NCBI RefSeq assembly: GCF_902713615.1
Contig: NC_052168.1
Span: forward strand, 5,952,001-6,016,000
Origin: Scyliorhinus canicula
Taxonomy: Eukaryota
Reading direction: 5' to 3'
Length of the DNA stretch: 64,000 bases
Part shown: positions 31,101 through 43,259 of the stretch, in pieces
How the letters are laid out: every line of letters starts with the position of its first letter
Numbering within the stretch: the first letter of the stretch is position 1
Position numbers and translations under genes: made by a program
Notes under the pieces: generated by a model
The model's input: only the letters and a program-made list of their open reading frames with translations
Database searches by the model: none
Told to the model about the DNA's origin: nothing

Positions 31101-34100
31101 ACCTGTCCACAGGCCCCAGGTCGCCCACCTCCACCCGAGTATTGCACTGTCAATAATTCAGGAAATTATGCTCCCCTTAGATTGGCTGATTTCCGTCTCA
31201 CCTTTAATCCCCTCAGCTCCATTAACTTTCAACCCAACTCTTTTTGTACATCCTGCTTCCCCCATGGACAGTGGAGACATAAGAACATAAGAACTAGGAG
31301 CAGGAGTAGGCCATCTGGCCCCTCGAGCCTGCTCCGCCATTCAATGAGATTGTGGCTGATCTTTTGTGGACTCAGCTCCACTTTCCGGCCCGAACACCAT
31401 AACCCTTAATCCCTTTATTCTTCAAAAAACCATCTATCTTTACCTTAAAAACATTTAATGAAGGAGCCTCAACTGCTTCACTGGGCAAGGAATTCCATAG
31501 ATTCACAACCCTTTGGGTGAAGAGGTTCCTCCTAAACTCAGTCCTAAATCTACTTCCCCTTATTTTGAGGCTATGCTCCCTCGTTCTGCTTTCACCCGCC
31601 AGTGGAAACAATCTGCCCGCATCTATCCTATCTATCCCTTCATAATTTTAAATGTTTCTATAAGATCCCCCCCTCATCCTTCTAAATTCCAACGAGTACA
31701 GTCCCAGTCTACTCAACCTCCTCGTAATCCAACCCCTTCAGCTCTGGGATTAGCCTAGTGAATCTCCTCTGCACACCCTCCAGTGCCAGTACGTCCTTTC
31801 TCAGGTAAGGAGACCAAAACTGCACACAATACTCCTGATGTGGCCTCACTAACACCTTATCCAATTGCAGCATAACCTCCCTAGTCTTAAACTCCATCCC
31901 TCTAGCAATGAAGGACAAAATTCCATTCGCCTTCTTAATCACCTGTTGCACCTGTAAACCAACTTTCTGTGACTCATGCACTAGCACACCCAGGCCTCTC
32001 TGCACAGCAGCATGCTTTAATATTTTATCGTTTAAATAATAATCCCGTTTGCTGTTATTCCTACCAAAATGGATAACCTCACATTTGTCAACATTGTATT
32101 CCATCTGCCAGACCCTAGCCCATTCACTTAACCTATCCAAATCCCTCTACAAACTTCCAGTATCCTCTGTACTTTTCGCTTTACCACTCATCTTAGTGTC
32201 ATCTGCCAACTTAGACACATTGCCCTTGGTCCCCAACTCTAAATCATCTATGTAAATTGTGAACAATTGTGGGCCCAACACGGATCCCTGAGGGACACCA
32301 CTAGCTACTGATTGCAAACCAGAGACATACCCATTATTCCCCACTCTTTGCTTTCTATTAATTAACCAATCCTCTATCCATGCTACTACTTTATCCTTAA
32401 TGCCATGCATCTTTATCTTATGCAGCAACCTTTTGTGTGGCACCTTGTCAAAGGCTTTCTGGAAATCCAGATATACATCCATTGGCTCCCCTTTATCTAC
32501 CACACTGGTAATGTCCTCAAAAAATTCCACTAAATTAGTTCGGCACGACCTGCCCTTTATGAACCCATGCTGCATCTACCCAATGGGACAATTTCTTTCC
32601 AGATGCCTCGCTATTTCTTCCTTGATGATAGATTCCAGCATCTTCCCTACTACTGAAGTTAAGCTCACTGGCCTATAATTTCCTGCTCTCTGCCTACCTC
32701 CTTTTTAAACAGTTTGCTCATTTCCAATCCACCGGGACCAACCCAGAGTCTAGTGAATTTTGGTAAATCATCACTAGTGCATCTGCAATTTCCCTAGCCA
32801 TCTCTTTTAGCACTCTGGGGTGCATTCCATCAGGGCCAGGAGACTTGTCTACCTTTAGCCCCATTAGCTTGCCCATCACTACCTCCTTAGTGATAACAAT
32901 CCTCTCAAGGTCCTCGCCTGTCCATAGCCTCATTTCTATCAGTCACTGGCATGTTATTTGTGTCTTCCACTGTGAAGACCGACCAAAAAACCTGTTCAGT
33001 TCCTCAGCCATTTCCTCATCTCCCATTATTAAAACTCCCTTCTCATCCTCTAAAGGGCCATATTACCTTAGCCACTCTTTTTGTTTTATATATTTGTAAA
33101 AACGTTTACTGTCTGATTTTTATATTCTGAGCAAGTTTTCTCTCATACTCTATCTTACTCTTCTTTATAGCATTTTTAGTAGCTTCTGTTGCCCCCTAAA
33201 GATTTCCCAGTCCTCTGGTCTCCCACCATCTTTGCCATTTTTATGCTTTTTCCTTCAATTTGATACTCTCCCTTATTTCCTTAGATATCCATGGTCGATT
33301 TTCCCTCTTTCTACCGTCCTTCCTTTTTATTGGTATTAACCTTTGCTGAGCACTGTGAAAAATCACTTGGAAGGTCCTCCACTGTTCCTCAACTGTTCCA
33401 CCATAAAGTCTTTGCTCCCAGTACATTAGGAAAATGTTTAGTCTCAGAGAATGGTTACAGCACAGAAGTCTATTCTCCCCACCGTGTGCATTACAGCCCT
33501 CTCTGCAAGAGGGTGAACACCTAACCCTAGTCCCTGTCAACATTCTAGGGGGTTGACATTGATCAGAAGGTGAACTGGACTAGTCATATAAATACTGTGG
33601 CTACCAGAGCAGGTCAAAGACTAGGAATCCTGCGGTGAGTAACTCACCTCCTTACCTCCCTCCCCCCCCCCCCCCCCCAAAGCCTGTCCACCACCTACAA
33701 GACACAAGTCAGGAGTGTGATGGAATACTCTCCACTTGCCTGGGTGAGCGCAGCTCCAACAACACTCAAGAAGCTCGACACCATCCAGGACAAAGCAGCC
33801 CAGTGATCGGTACCCAATCCGCCCCCTTCAACTTTCGCTCCCTCCGTCCGTTTCCCCCGCAGCCCGACAATTGTTCCCTCTTCAGATAATTAAAATTCTC
33901 TTTTAAAGGTCTCAATTGAACCTGCCTCCACCAGACTCTCAGGCCGTGCATTCCAGATCCTAGCCACTCGCTGCGTGAGAAAGCGTCTCCTGGTAGCCAC
34001 AGTTGCTGCTTTGCCAATCACCTTATATCGGTTTTCTTGGCTGTCAGGGTAGGGATCGGGATTGGCATGGAGCTTGGGCCTCGGAATCTCCGTCTAACTT

Positions 34101-34216
34101 TGGTGTTTTTTTTTATTTTAATGGTTTCCAGCATCACAGATAAAGGTGAAGAAAACTGCAAAGAAGCAACTCAGGCCTACAAAAACTGCATGAAAACATT
34201 AGGATTTAAAGTTTAA
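25120..34216 (+). CDS. COX17-like twin-CX9C (CHCH) small protein, 64 aa, lacking the Cu(I)-binding CC motif; coding exons 25120-25229 and 34132-34216
   Basis: Kozak CACCATG; donor TG|GTGAGC; acceptor with CTAAC branch, poly-T and CAG|C; spliced product [64 protein letters not shown] aligns to the COX17 C-terminus [28 protein letters not shown]. Confidence 0.88.
26174..26880 (+). mobile_element. Two V-SINEs (26174-26490 HE1-like; 26654-26878 short A-tail variant)
   Basis: Family signatures; located in intron 1 of the COX17-like gene. Confidence 0.8.
27620..28175 (-). mobile_element. CR1/L2-group LINE 3' fragment
   Basis: [37 protein letters not shown]; related pieces at 33540-33840, 34900-35410, 62950-63150. 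Confidence 0.75.
28305..28963 (-). mobile_element. Two adjacent V-SINEs (28305-28663, 28735-28963)
   Basis: Family signatures. Confidence 0.82.
31277..33420 (-). mobile_element. CR1/HER1-type LINE, ~2.1 kb of ORF2 (RT) with frameshifts and 3' tail
   Basis: [49 protein letters not shown] motifs; (CATAAGAA)n tail. Confidence 0.92.
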
Positions 34217-34321
34217 CAACAGCTGACTGGTGAGCGTCTATTCTACGATTAGTTTGGTGTCCGTGTTTGGGTAGTAACTATCCGTTGGGCCTAACCTGCT
34301 TCACCTGGGTATGTCCTGAAA

Positions 34322-34608
34322 TAATAATAATAATCTCTATTGTCGCAAGCAGGCTGACATTAACACTGCAATGAGGTTACTGTGACAAGCCCCTAGTCGC
34401 CACATTCCTGATCGGGTACACAAGAGTGAGAATTCAGAAATGTCCAAGCAGGTCTTTCGGGACTTGTGGGAGGAAACCGGAGGAAACCCACGCAGACACA
34501 GGGGGAGAACGTGCAGACTCCACACAGACAGTGACCCAAGCCGGGAATCGAACCTGGGACCTTGGCGCTGTGAAGCACCCGTGCTAACCACTGTGCTGCC
34601 GTGCCGCT
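34322..34608 (-). mobile_element. V-SINE (tail type 2)
   Basis: Family signature. Confidence 0.8.
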
Positions 34609-34830
34609 GCACCCTCAGCCAGTCAAAAGGTGGGAACAGTCAAGGAGGTAGACTTTCTCACATCCCCAACTGTGGTTGCATAATCCTGGGGAACTGATGC
34701 AGATGCTGTGCCGTCTATGCGCTGTCCCGTTACCTAACTCTAGTTGCACATATTCCTGGAGGTTTTATTGTGTGGCCTCCCACTTCTAACTGTTTCCACC
34801 CAGAACACCGGCAATTCCAACCCTCAGCCT

Positions 34831-34865
<35 letters not shown>

Positions 34866-35412
34866 AGAATGATTTTATAAAAAATGAATGATAGTGTTGA
34901 AGTTGGATATCAACATACTGGAGGTCACCATTGACCAGAGGCTTAACTGGACCAGCCATGTAAACACTGTGGCTACAAGAGCACATCAGTGGCTGGGGGT
35001 CCTGTGGCAAGAAACTGACATCCCGACTCCCCAAAGCCTGTCCGCCAACTGGCACAAAACAGGATTCTGATGGAATACTCTCCCCTTGCCTGGATGAGTG
35101 CAGCTCCAACACACAGAAAGCTTGACTATCCAGGACAAACAGCCCGCTTGATTGGCACCCCATCCGCCACCTTCAACATTCGCCCCCTTCACCATTGACA
35201 CACAGTACCAGCCGTCTGTACCATCGACAAGTGGCACTGCGGCAACTCACCAAAGCTCCTTCAACAGCACCTTCCAAACCCAAGACCTCTAGCACCTTGG
35301 GTGGCAGCTACGTAGGAACACCACCACCTGGAGGTTCCCGTCCAAGCCACTCGGCTCCCCGACTTGAAAATATATCACCGTTGTCGCTGAATCAAAATCC
35401 TGGAACTCTACA

Positions 35413-36285
35413 ACATGGCGGCACAGTGCTTGGCACTGCTGCCTCACAGTGTCAGGGACCTGCGTTCAATTCCGGCCTCGGGTGACTGTGTGGAGTCTGC
35501 AAATTCTCCTCATGTCTGCGTGGGTTTCCTCCGGGTGCTCCGGTTTCCTCCCAGAGGCCAAAGATGTGCAGGTTCAGATAAAGTGCCCCTTAGTGTTCAG
35601 GGATGGGCAGGTTCAGTTACATAGAACATAGAAAAATAAAGCACAGAACAGGCCCTTCGGCCCACAATGTTGTGCCGAACCTTTGTCCTAGATTAATCAT
35701 AGATTATCATAGAATTTACAGTGCAGAAGGCCACTCGGCCCATCGAGTCTGCACCGGTACTTGGAAAGAGCACCCTACCCGAGGTCAACACCTCCACCCT
35801 ATCCCCATAACCCAGTAACCCACCCAACACTAAGGGCAGTTTTGGACACTAAGGGCAATTTAGCATGGCCAATCCACCCTAACCTGCACATCTTTGGACT
35901 GCGGGAGGAAACCTGAGCACCCGGAGGAAACCCATGCACACACGGGGAGGATGTGCAGACTCCGCACAGACAGTGACCCAAGCCGGGAATCGAACCTGGG
36001 ACCCTGGAGCTGTGAAGCAATTGTGCTATCCACAATGCTACCGTGCTGCCCTTAAGAACAAATTAATCTACACCCCATCATTCTACCGTAATCCATGTAC
36101 CTATCCAACAGCCGCTTGAAGGTCCCTAATGTTTCCGACTCAACTACATCCACAGGCAGTGGATTCCATGCCCCCACTACTCCCGTTACAGGGTTACGGA
36201 CCTAGGGAGGGTGGTCTTTCTGAGGGTCGGTGCAGACTCGACGGGCCGAATGGCCTGCTGGTTCACTATAGGAATCCTATGATTC
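35413..36285. mobile_element. Nested cluster: + strand SINE split by a CR1 tail fragment that is itself split by a - strand HE1-like SINE (35700-36051)
   Basis: SINE head 35413-35615 resumes at ~36180; CR1 tail pieces flank the inner SINE. Confidence 0.7.
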
Positions 36286-36639
36286 CAACAGCACAGTGGG
36301 TGTACCTGCACCACATGGACTGCAGCGGTTCAAGAAGGTGGCTCACCACCACCTTCTCAGGGGCAATAAGGGATGGGCAATCAATGCTGGCCCAACGAGT
36401 GATGCCCACATCTCCCAAAAAAAAACTCAACCTTTTTTAAGCCGCTACCATTTGTCTCTTGCATTGCTGTGTCAACCAGGTTAATCCTCAATCCCGCGAG
36501 AGTCCTGGACAGTCCTAAAGGGCCGGCAATCCTAATGTTTAATTTTCCACGGCATGGCAGAATATCACCACTCTGATCATTAGGACAAGCCACTGACTGG
36601 TGGGGCCATGTAACCACCTATTTCTTATGTTGCGATCAC

Positions 36640-36675
<36 letters not shown>

Positions 36676-36839
36676 CCCACAATATATTTATCAATGGGGC
36701 AAACAATCCCTTCACAATGCCTGGAAACTTCAAGAAGAAATACTTTCTGTAGAATTATCCTCCATCTCTCTCCTCCGTTGGGTCAGGAAACTTGAGGAAA
36801 GCTTGGCTGATACAAGCAATCACTCGCCCTCGCATCAGT

Positions 36840-37640
36840 TCAAGGTTGTTAAGAAAGCTTATGGAATGCTCTCCTTCACTGGCAGAGGTATAGAATATAA
36901 AAGTAAGGATATAATGTTGGAATTGTATAAAACACTGGTGACGCCACAGCTGGAGTATTGTGGGCAGTTCTGGTCGCCACATCACAGGAAGGATGTAACT
37001 GCTCTGGACAGAGAGCAGAGGAGATTTACAAGAACGTTGCCAGGGCGGGAAAGATGTAGCTACAAGGAGATTGGAGAGGCCGGGGTTATTTTTCTTGGAG
37101 TAAATAAGTCTGACGGGTGACATATTAAAATTAATTTAAAGTGCCCAATTCTTTTTTTTTCCTAATTAAGGGGCAATTTAGCATGGCCAATCCACCTACC
37201 CTGCACATCTTTGGTTTGTGAGGGTGAGACCCACGCAGACACGGGGAGAATGTGCAAACTCCACACGGACAATGACCCGGGGCCAGGATTGAACCTCGGT
37301 CCTCAGTGCCGTGAGGTAGCAGGGATAACCACTGCGCCACCATGCCACCCAGGAGGCGTACAAAATTATGAGGCAAAAGAGATCGGGTGGACAGGATACA
37401 ATTGTTTCCCTTGCTGGAGAATCCGAGAACCAGAGGACATAGATTCAGGATAAGAGGCAGAAGGTGTAGAGGGAACATGAGGAAGAACCTTTTTACGCAG
37501 AGGGGAGTGGGAGTCTGGAATTCGCTGCCCGAGTTGGTGGTGGAGGCAGAGACCCTAAACTCTTCTAAATAGTACCTGGATCTGCACCTTAAGTGTTGTA
37601 AGCTACACTGCTACGGATCGGGCGCAGGAAGGATGGATTA
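36840..37640 (+). mobile_element. CR1 fragment interrupted by a V-SINE (37125-37350, -)
   Basis: LYKTLVTPQLEYCGQFWSPH...; RTRGHRFRIRG...NLFTQR. Confidence 0.82.
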
Positions 37641-37870
37641 GAAAAGGGTACCTGGGTGTCTTTGGGCTGGAGTTGTAATACATCTGTGGTTCCATCTTTA
37701 GTCTTCAAACATTCTCACTGTCTTATTAACATTTTTCGTTGCTCCATCTTCTGAGGTCATGTACCGCGGTGGGTCGCATCGCTACCTCTGAGCCAGGAGC
37801 ACTGGGTTTGCGTCCCACTCCAGCACCTTGATAGCCATAGAAGATGCATTCGCAATCCGGCAAACAAGTT

Positions 37871-38057
37871 AGGGGCTGGTTTAGCTCACTGAGCTAAATC
37901 GCTGGCTTTTAAAGCAGACCAAGCAGGCCAGCAGCACGGTTCGATTCCCTGTACCAGCCTCCCCGGACAGGCGCCGGAATGTGGCGACTAGGGGCTTTTC
38001 ACAGTAACTTCATTGAAGCCTACTCGTGACAATAAGCGATTTTCATTTTCATTTTCA
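37871..38057 (+). mobile_element. Short SINE (head type B, tail type 2)
   Basis: Same family as 5365-5534, 39249-39429 and 62685-62875. Confidence 0.82.
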
Positions 38058-38348
38058 AGTTGGGTGTCAACTGCAAACCCTTCCAACATACGGTAAGAGT
38101 GGGAGAGATTCCTGGTCAATCAATGATGGGAGAGAAAGTTAGAACCTCTGCCATCGCTATCCATAGCTCCGGGCTACAACGTGCACTTAAAAGTGCATGT
38201 TCCCGTAGCAACGTGGCCTTTCTGGGTGAACCACAACAGACCACCACCAGAGCGAGATAGCTAGTATCGGATCCCACTCATCAACCCTTTTAATGTGAAA
38301 TAGGATATGCACTGCTCAATTAACACACTTGTTTGTTTCCTCCTACAG

Positions 38349-38460
38349 GTATCTGCATCTCTGGGCTGCCCATTTCATGACCGGCCCTTCTTCCAAGCAT
38401 CTCCGTTTCCCCATGACCTCCCACTCACTAATAAACCTCCTCCACGGTGAATAATCCACC
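38349..38460 (+). other. Putative non-coding terminal exon (3'UTR) of the COX17-like gene
   Basis: Exon 2 has donor CTG|GTGAGC at 34229/34230, 13 nt after the stop; strong acceptor TTGTTTGTTTCCTCCTACAG|G at 38348/38349; AATAAA 38430-38435 followed by a GU/U-rich tract. Confidence 0.65.
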
Positions 38461-39248
38461 ACAGAATAGCCACCTCGAGTTGTTGCATTCTGATTTTATC
38501 TTGTTGCATAAACGACCATGAGGTACACAACTTATGAAGGAACCATCCCATCTGACACGTGTGACTTCCAGCAGCCTCCCATTGGAGTGACGCTAAGTCA
38601 GACACACACTCTGCTGCACTTCGAATTCAAGGACCACGTTCTTGACCCTTGACATTACGTGCAAGCAGAGAGGTCTTCTTCTTTTAAACTTTCGCTGCCA
38701 AAGATGGAAAGCCTTGCATTTATACAGAGCCATGTTGCAACTCTTAAATGTTCCCAAAGACTCCACAAACAATTAAGTTCCGTCTGCGAACAAGTCAAAC
38801 AGAAGAAGTACCGACCTCATTAAACCAGTTACAAAGGTATTTTCTGGAAATATTGATCGAGTAATCTACCCTTCTTCCAAAGCGCCACAGGATTGGTTTG
38901 TTCGTTGGCACTGTAGCCTTAGTTGGCAGCATCCAAGCCACTGTCCCACATTACCCATCCATCCAATTTTTCGTCTTGCTCTTCTGTTTTTGCCCTCAAG
39001 TTATCCTTCAGTTGTTGCCAGGACCAGGATCTTTTACAGTCACCCGAAACTCCACTTTGACGTTTGCCCAGTTGAGAGCGACGTTTGTCCAGTTTGTGCC
39101 CTTCCCATTCGGAGCGGAGAATGAACCACCCTCAGCCCGGGCAGTGAAAAATGCCATCAGTATTTCAACATTTATTGGAGTCTCCCCTCTAGCATTCTTT
39201 GCTGCGTGAGAGAGCGAGGCTTATTCCAATGCAGAACAAAAGTAAACG

Positions 39249-39429
39249 AAATGAAAATTGAAAATGAAAATCGCTTATTGTCACGAGTAGGCTTCAATTA
39301 AGTTACTGTGAAAAGCCCCTAGTCGCCACATTCCGGCGCCTGTCCGGGGAGACTGGTACGGGAATCAAACCGTGCTGCTGACCTGCTTTGAAAGCCAGCG
39401 ATTTAGCTGAGTGAGCTAAACCAGCCCCT
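39249..39429 (-). mobile_element. Short SINE (head type B, tail type 2)
   Basis: Reverse complement of the 37871-38057 family. Confidence 0.82.
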
Positions 39430-39433
39430 AAAT

Positions 39434-39635
39434 TACTGCAGATGCTGGAATCTGAAACAAAAGAGAAAACGCTGGAAAATCTCAGCAGGTCTGGCAGCAA
39501 CTGTAGGGAGAGAAAACAGCTAACGGTTCGAGTCCGATGCTTTGACAAAGAGTCGTCAGACTCAAAACGTTGGCTCTTTTCTCTCCCTACAGATGCTGCC
39601 AGACCTGCTGAGATTTTCCAGCATTTTCTCTTTCG
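39434..39635. mobile_element. Penelope-like inverted terminal fragment (imperfect hairpin)
   Basis: AAAGAGAAAACGCTGGAAAATCTCAGCAGGTCTGGCAGC ... GCTGCCAGACCTGCTGAGATTTTCCAGCATTTTCTCTTT. Confidence 0.65.
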
Positions 39636-39874
39636 AAAGAGATCAGGGTTCTTTTGGCAATTGATGAAATATTCAGGTGCAGCCGAGCGAAGTATGTTTA
39701 GGTACAAAGCCATCTGCAGCAATGCCCTTCACCCCCACCCCTCCTTTCCCCCAAATACCCACCTACCTTCATATTCGATTTTTAGCAGCAAAGGTGGCGA
39801 GACACTACATTCTGGAACTTTAACCATCACTCCAAAAGCCACCGACCACTTCAGCCGCATTTTTGGCTTCCACC

Positions 39875-40222
39875 ACCCCCCCCCCCACCACCCATTCCCC
39901 CCCCCCCCCCAATCCCCCCCCCCCACCCCCTCCCATTCCCCCCCCATCCCCCCCACCCTCCCATTCCCCCCACCCTCCCATTCCCCCCCCATCCCCCCCA
40001 CCCTCCCATTCCCCCCCCATCCCCCCCCCCCACCCATTCCCCCCCCTCCCCCAACCACCCATTCCCCCCCCCTATCCCCCCCACCCTCCCATTCCCCCCC
40101 ATCCCCCCATTCCCCCCCATCCCCCCCCCCACCCCCCATTCCCCCCCCACTCCCACCCCCCCCAACCCCCATTCCCACCCCCCCCCCATTGCCCCCCCCA
40201 CGTCCCCCCCCCCCCCCCCCCC
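39875..40222. repeat. C-rich low-complexity repeat (CCCTCCCATTCCCCCCC-like)
   Basis: Directly visible. Confidence 0.9.
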
Positions 40223-41203
40223 ATGTCATTTGGTGTCCAGTCTCCACCCTGTCAAGAAGCTTGGGCAGTTTTTGGACAGTAAAGCCATTCAATAAATCCA
40301 GGTTTGCATACCTCCCTTTACGGGTCGCGCTCTGAGTGGCGTAATGAAAATCTATGAAAAGCTTCCTAGCCCCAATACCAACTCAAGGGTCACTGTTCAT
40401 TAACATAGGAAATGAGAGCAAGGCCATTTGGCCCCTCGAACCTGCTCCATCATTCAACTGCATCATGGCCGATCTTCTACCGCAACACCATTTTCCATGC
40501 ACTATCCTTTGTTATCTTTAATACCTAGAACCTGCAATCTCAGTCTTGAACATGCTCTGCAGCCCTCTGGGGTCAAGAATTCCAAATATTCACATCAGGC
40601 TTAAATAGTCAACTCCTTTTTGAGACTAGACTATGTCCCTTGGTTCTATGGCCACGCCCCCTCCCCCAAAGCCAGCAGAATCATCCTATCCACATCTACC
40701 CTGTCGAACACTGTAAGAATTTTCGCTGGTTCAATGGGATCAGCTCATGTTTCTAAACTAGAGAACACAGACCCAATCTCTCCTCATCCCCAGGAATTGG
40801 CACAGGTGAACCTTCGTCGCACTGTGGCAAATATATCCTTCCTTAAGGGAGACCAAAACTGCCCACAATACTTCAGGTGTGGTCTGGTGATAAGATTTGT
40901 TCATTATTAAAGAGACAGCAGACTAGAATCTTCACATTTGATTTGAGATTTCCATTGCTCAGCCAGAGCTACGATGCAGCACATTAAGATGTGTGTTTGT
41001 TTGTCGTGGGCCATAACAGACAAACTGCCCTGAACTCCACGACACACCCATTCCTGGCGAAAGATCCTGCTCATGTCAACATTGGCGAGATTGAGGTATT
41101 TGAGCATTCCAGGCCAACATGTCGCCACGTGATGCAACTGGTTTCTAATGCTAGACCGTGCCCTGCATGGGCAGGCTGCATCAGGTCAATTCCCCAACCC
41201 AAA

Positions 41204-41559
41204 GGGGCAGCACGGTAGCATTGTGGATAGCACAATCGCTTCACAGCTCCAGGGTCCCAGGTTCGATTCCGGCTTGGGTCACTGTCTGTGCGTAGTCTGC
41301 ACATCCTCCCCGTGCGTGCGTGGGTTTCCTCCGGGTGCTCCGGTTTCCTCCCACAGTCCAAAGATGTGCAGGTTAGGTGGATGGGCCATGATAAATTGCC
41401 CTTAGTGTCCAAAATTGCCCTTAGTGTTGGGTGGGGTTACTGGGTTATGGGGATAGGGTGGAGGTGTTAACCTTGGGTAGGGTGCTCTTTCCAAGAGCTG
41501 GTGCAGACTCGATGGGCCGAATGGCCTCCTTCTGCACTGTAAATTCTATAAATTCTATG
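41204..41559 (+). mobile_element. Full-length HE1-like V-SINE
   Basis: Complete head, V-domain, CR1 tail and (AAATTCTAT)2 end. Confidence 0.88.
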
Positions 41560-42641
41560 CAATGGCAAAGCCATCGTGGAAGGTGCACGCAAGGAGAAAA
41601 ATTACAAAATAAAAATCAGAAAGTCAAATGTTGGAAGTTTCTCTGCCAGTTCTCCCTCCCAAAAAAAACACAGACCAGCAAATCACAGCGGCAGCACAGA
41701 GAATCGCAAGTGCTTGTACCAGGGGAATGCCCACCCATAACCATAATTCCATCCACCAGTTGGCTACCATTCCCCCACCCTCCCCTCCCCACCCTGGGGC
41801 ATTTGCAGCCTCCTTCTGTTCCTTGCACTCACCAGCACAGATCTGTCAACCAACCATCGCCACTCGAAGATTCAGCCACTCTCCAACAGGAAGATCTACT
41901 GAGGACATGGACCCATCGCCCAGTCTTCAGGAGGACCTCTGATGAAGTCACAGCCGATCAGTATCAGCCCCGGCACAGGGACTTACCACCTGGCGCCAAT
42001 CTAGTTTTGTTTTGAACCAACACTGTTTGGATAAATCTTTTTTAATATAATAAATGTAGACAATTCAATGACTGCTTAATTCGGAATTGAGGACTGCTGC
42101 ATCACTCACTGAATTCTCAGACGTCAAATGAGACAAGTATCTTTAGCAGCAAGGGAAAGGTCCATGTCACATCCACCATTCAAGAGAGTTGGTCACAGCA
42201 GTGGAGGCTGCCATTCAGCCCATCGTGTCTATGCTGGGTCTCTGCAAGAGCAACTCAACTACTCTCATTCCCTCGTCCTTTCCCCGTACACCTGCATTTT
42301 TCAATTCCCTGCAGATGCTTATGAAAGCCACGATTAAACCAGCCTCTGCCACACTCTTGAGCAACGCGGTCCCAGATAATTCGCTGCATTTTTTAATTCC
42401 CCGCTGGTGCCGTCGCTGGAGAGGTCAGCCTCTGTCAGCTGGTGGTGAGCATGAACGAGAGAAAGCTTCTCCTCCCATCACCGCCGCTTCTTTTGCCAAT
42501 CATCTCTAACCGCTGGTTCTTGACCCTTTGCCAATGGCGACCTTTCCTCTCTGGCCCGGCCCCTCATGATTTTCAGCACTTCTATCAAATCTCCTCACAT
42601 CCTTCGTTCCTGCAAGAACCACCCCCAGTTTCTCCAATCTA

Positions 42642-43065
42642 CCTTGGTAACGGAAGGCCCACCCCGCCCTTGGCAACGGAAGCCCCACCCCGCCCTTGGC
42701 AACGGAAGGCCCACCCCGCCCTTGGCAACGGAAGGCCCCACCCCGCCCTTGGTAACGGAAGGCCCACCCCGCCCTTGGTAACGGAAGCCCCACCCCGCCC
42801 TTGGCAACGGAAGGCCCACCCCGCCCTTGGCAACGGAAGCCCCACCCTGCCCTTGGTAACGGAAGCCCCACCCCGCCCTTGGTAACGGAAGCCCCACCCC
42901 GCCCTTGGTAACGGAAGCCCCACCCCGCCCTTGGTAACGGAAGCCCCACCCCGCCCTTGGTAACGGAAGCCCCACCCCGCCCTTGGTAACGGAAGCCCCA
43001 CCCCGCCCTTGGTAACGGAAGCCCCACCCCGCCCTTGGTAACGGAAGCCCCACCCCGCCCTTGGA
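42642..43065 (+). repeat. 26-bp minisatellite, ~16 copies (CCTTGG[T/C]AACGGAAG[C/G]CCCACCCCGC)
   Basis: Directly visible tandem array embedded in a CR1 relic. Confidence 0.95.
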
Positions 43066-43259
43066 ACCACCCTCAGGAAGGTTTTCTGCAGCCTCTCTAA
43101 AGCCTCCATGTACGCCCTTCACTGCCAGACCCTGGAATTGGCCACAATACCCCGGCTGAGGCCCATTTCCCACCTCACCCCAACTCATTGCATCATTGAA
43201 ACCTATGGCTGAAGCTTCTAACCATCTCACTATGGCTGGGGTGGCAAGGCTACTCTCTA

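Noticed and set aside
34830-34863. Long poly-C/poly-G runs (also 3004-3047, 12888-12904, 36640-36673, 44338-44360)
   Set aside because: Simple homopolymers whose length is unreliable in assemblies; no supportable function
39442-40335. 297-aa and overlapping Pro/Gly-rich ORFs
   Set aside because: Penelope fragment plus C-rich low-complexity tract
42506-43230. Repetitive ORFs and a CRISPR-like appearance of the 26-bp array
   Set aside because: Head-to-tail tandem units with no unique spacers, eukaryotic context, no cas genes
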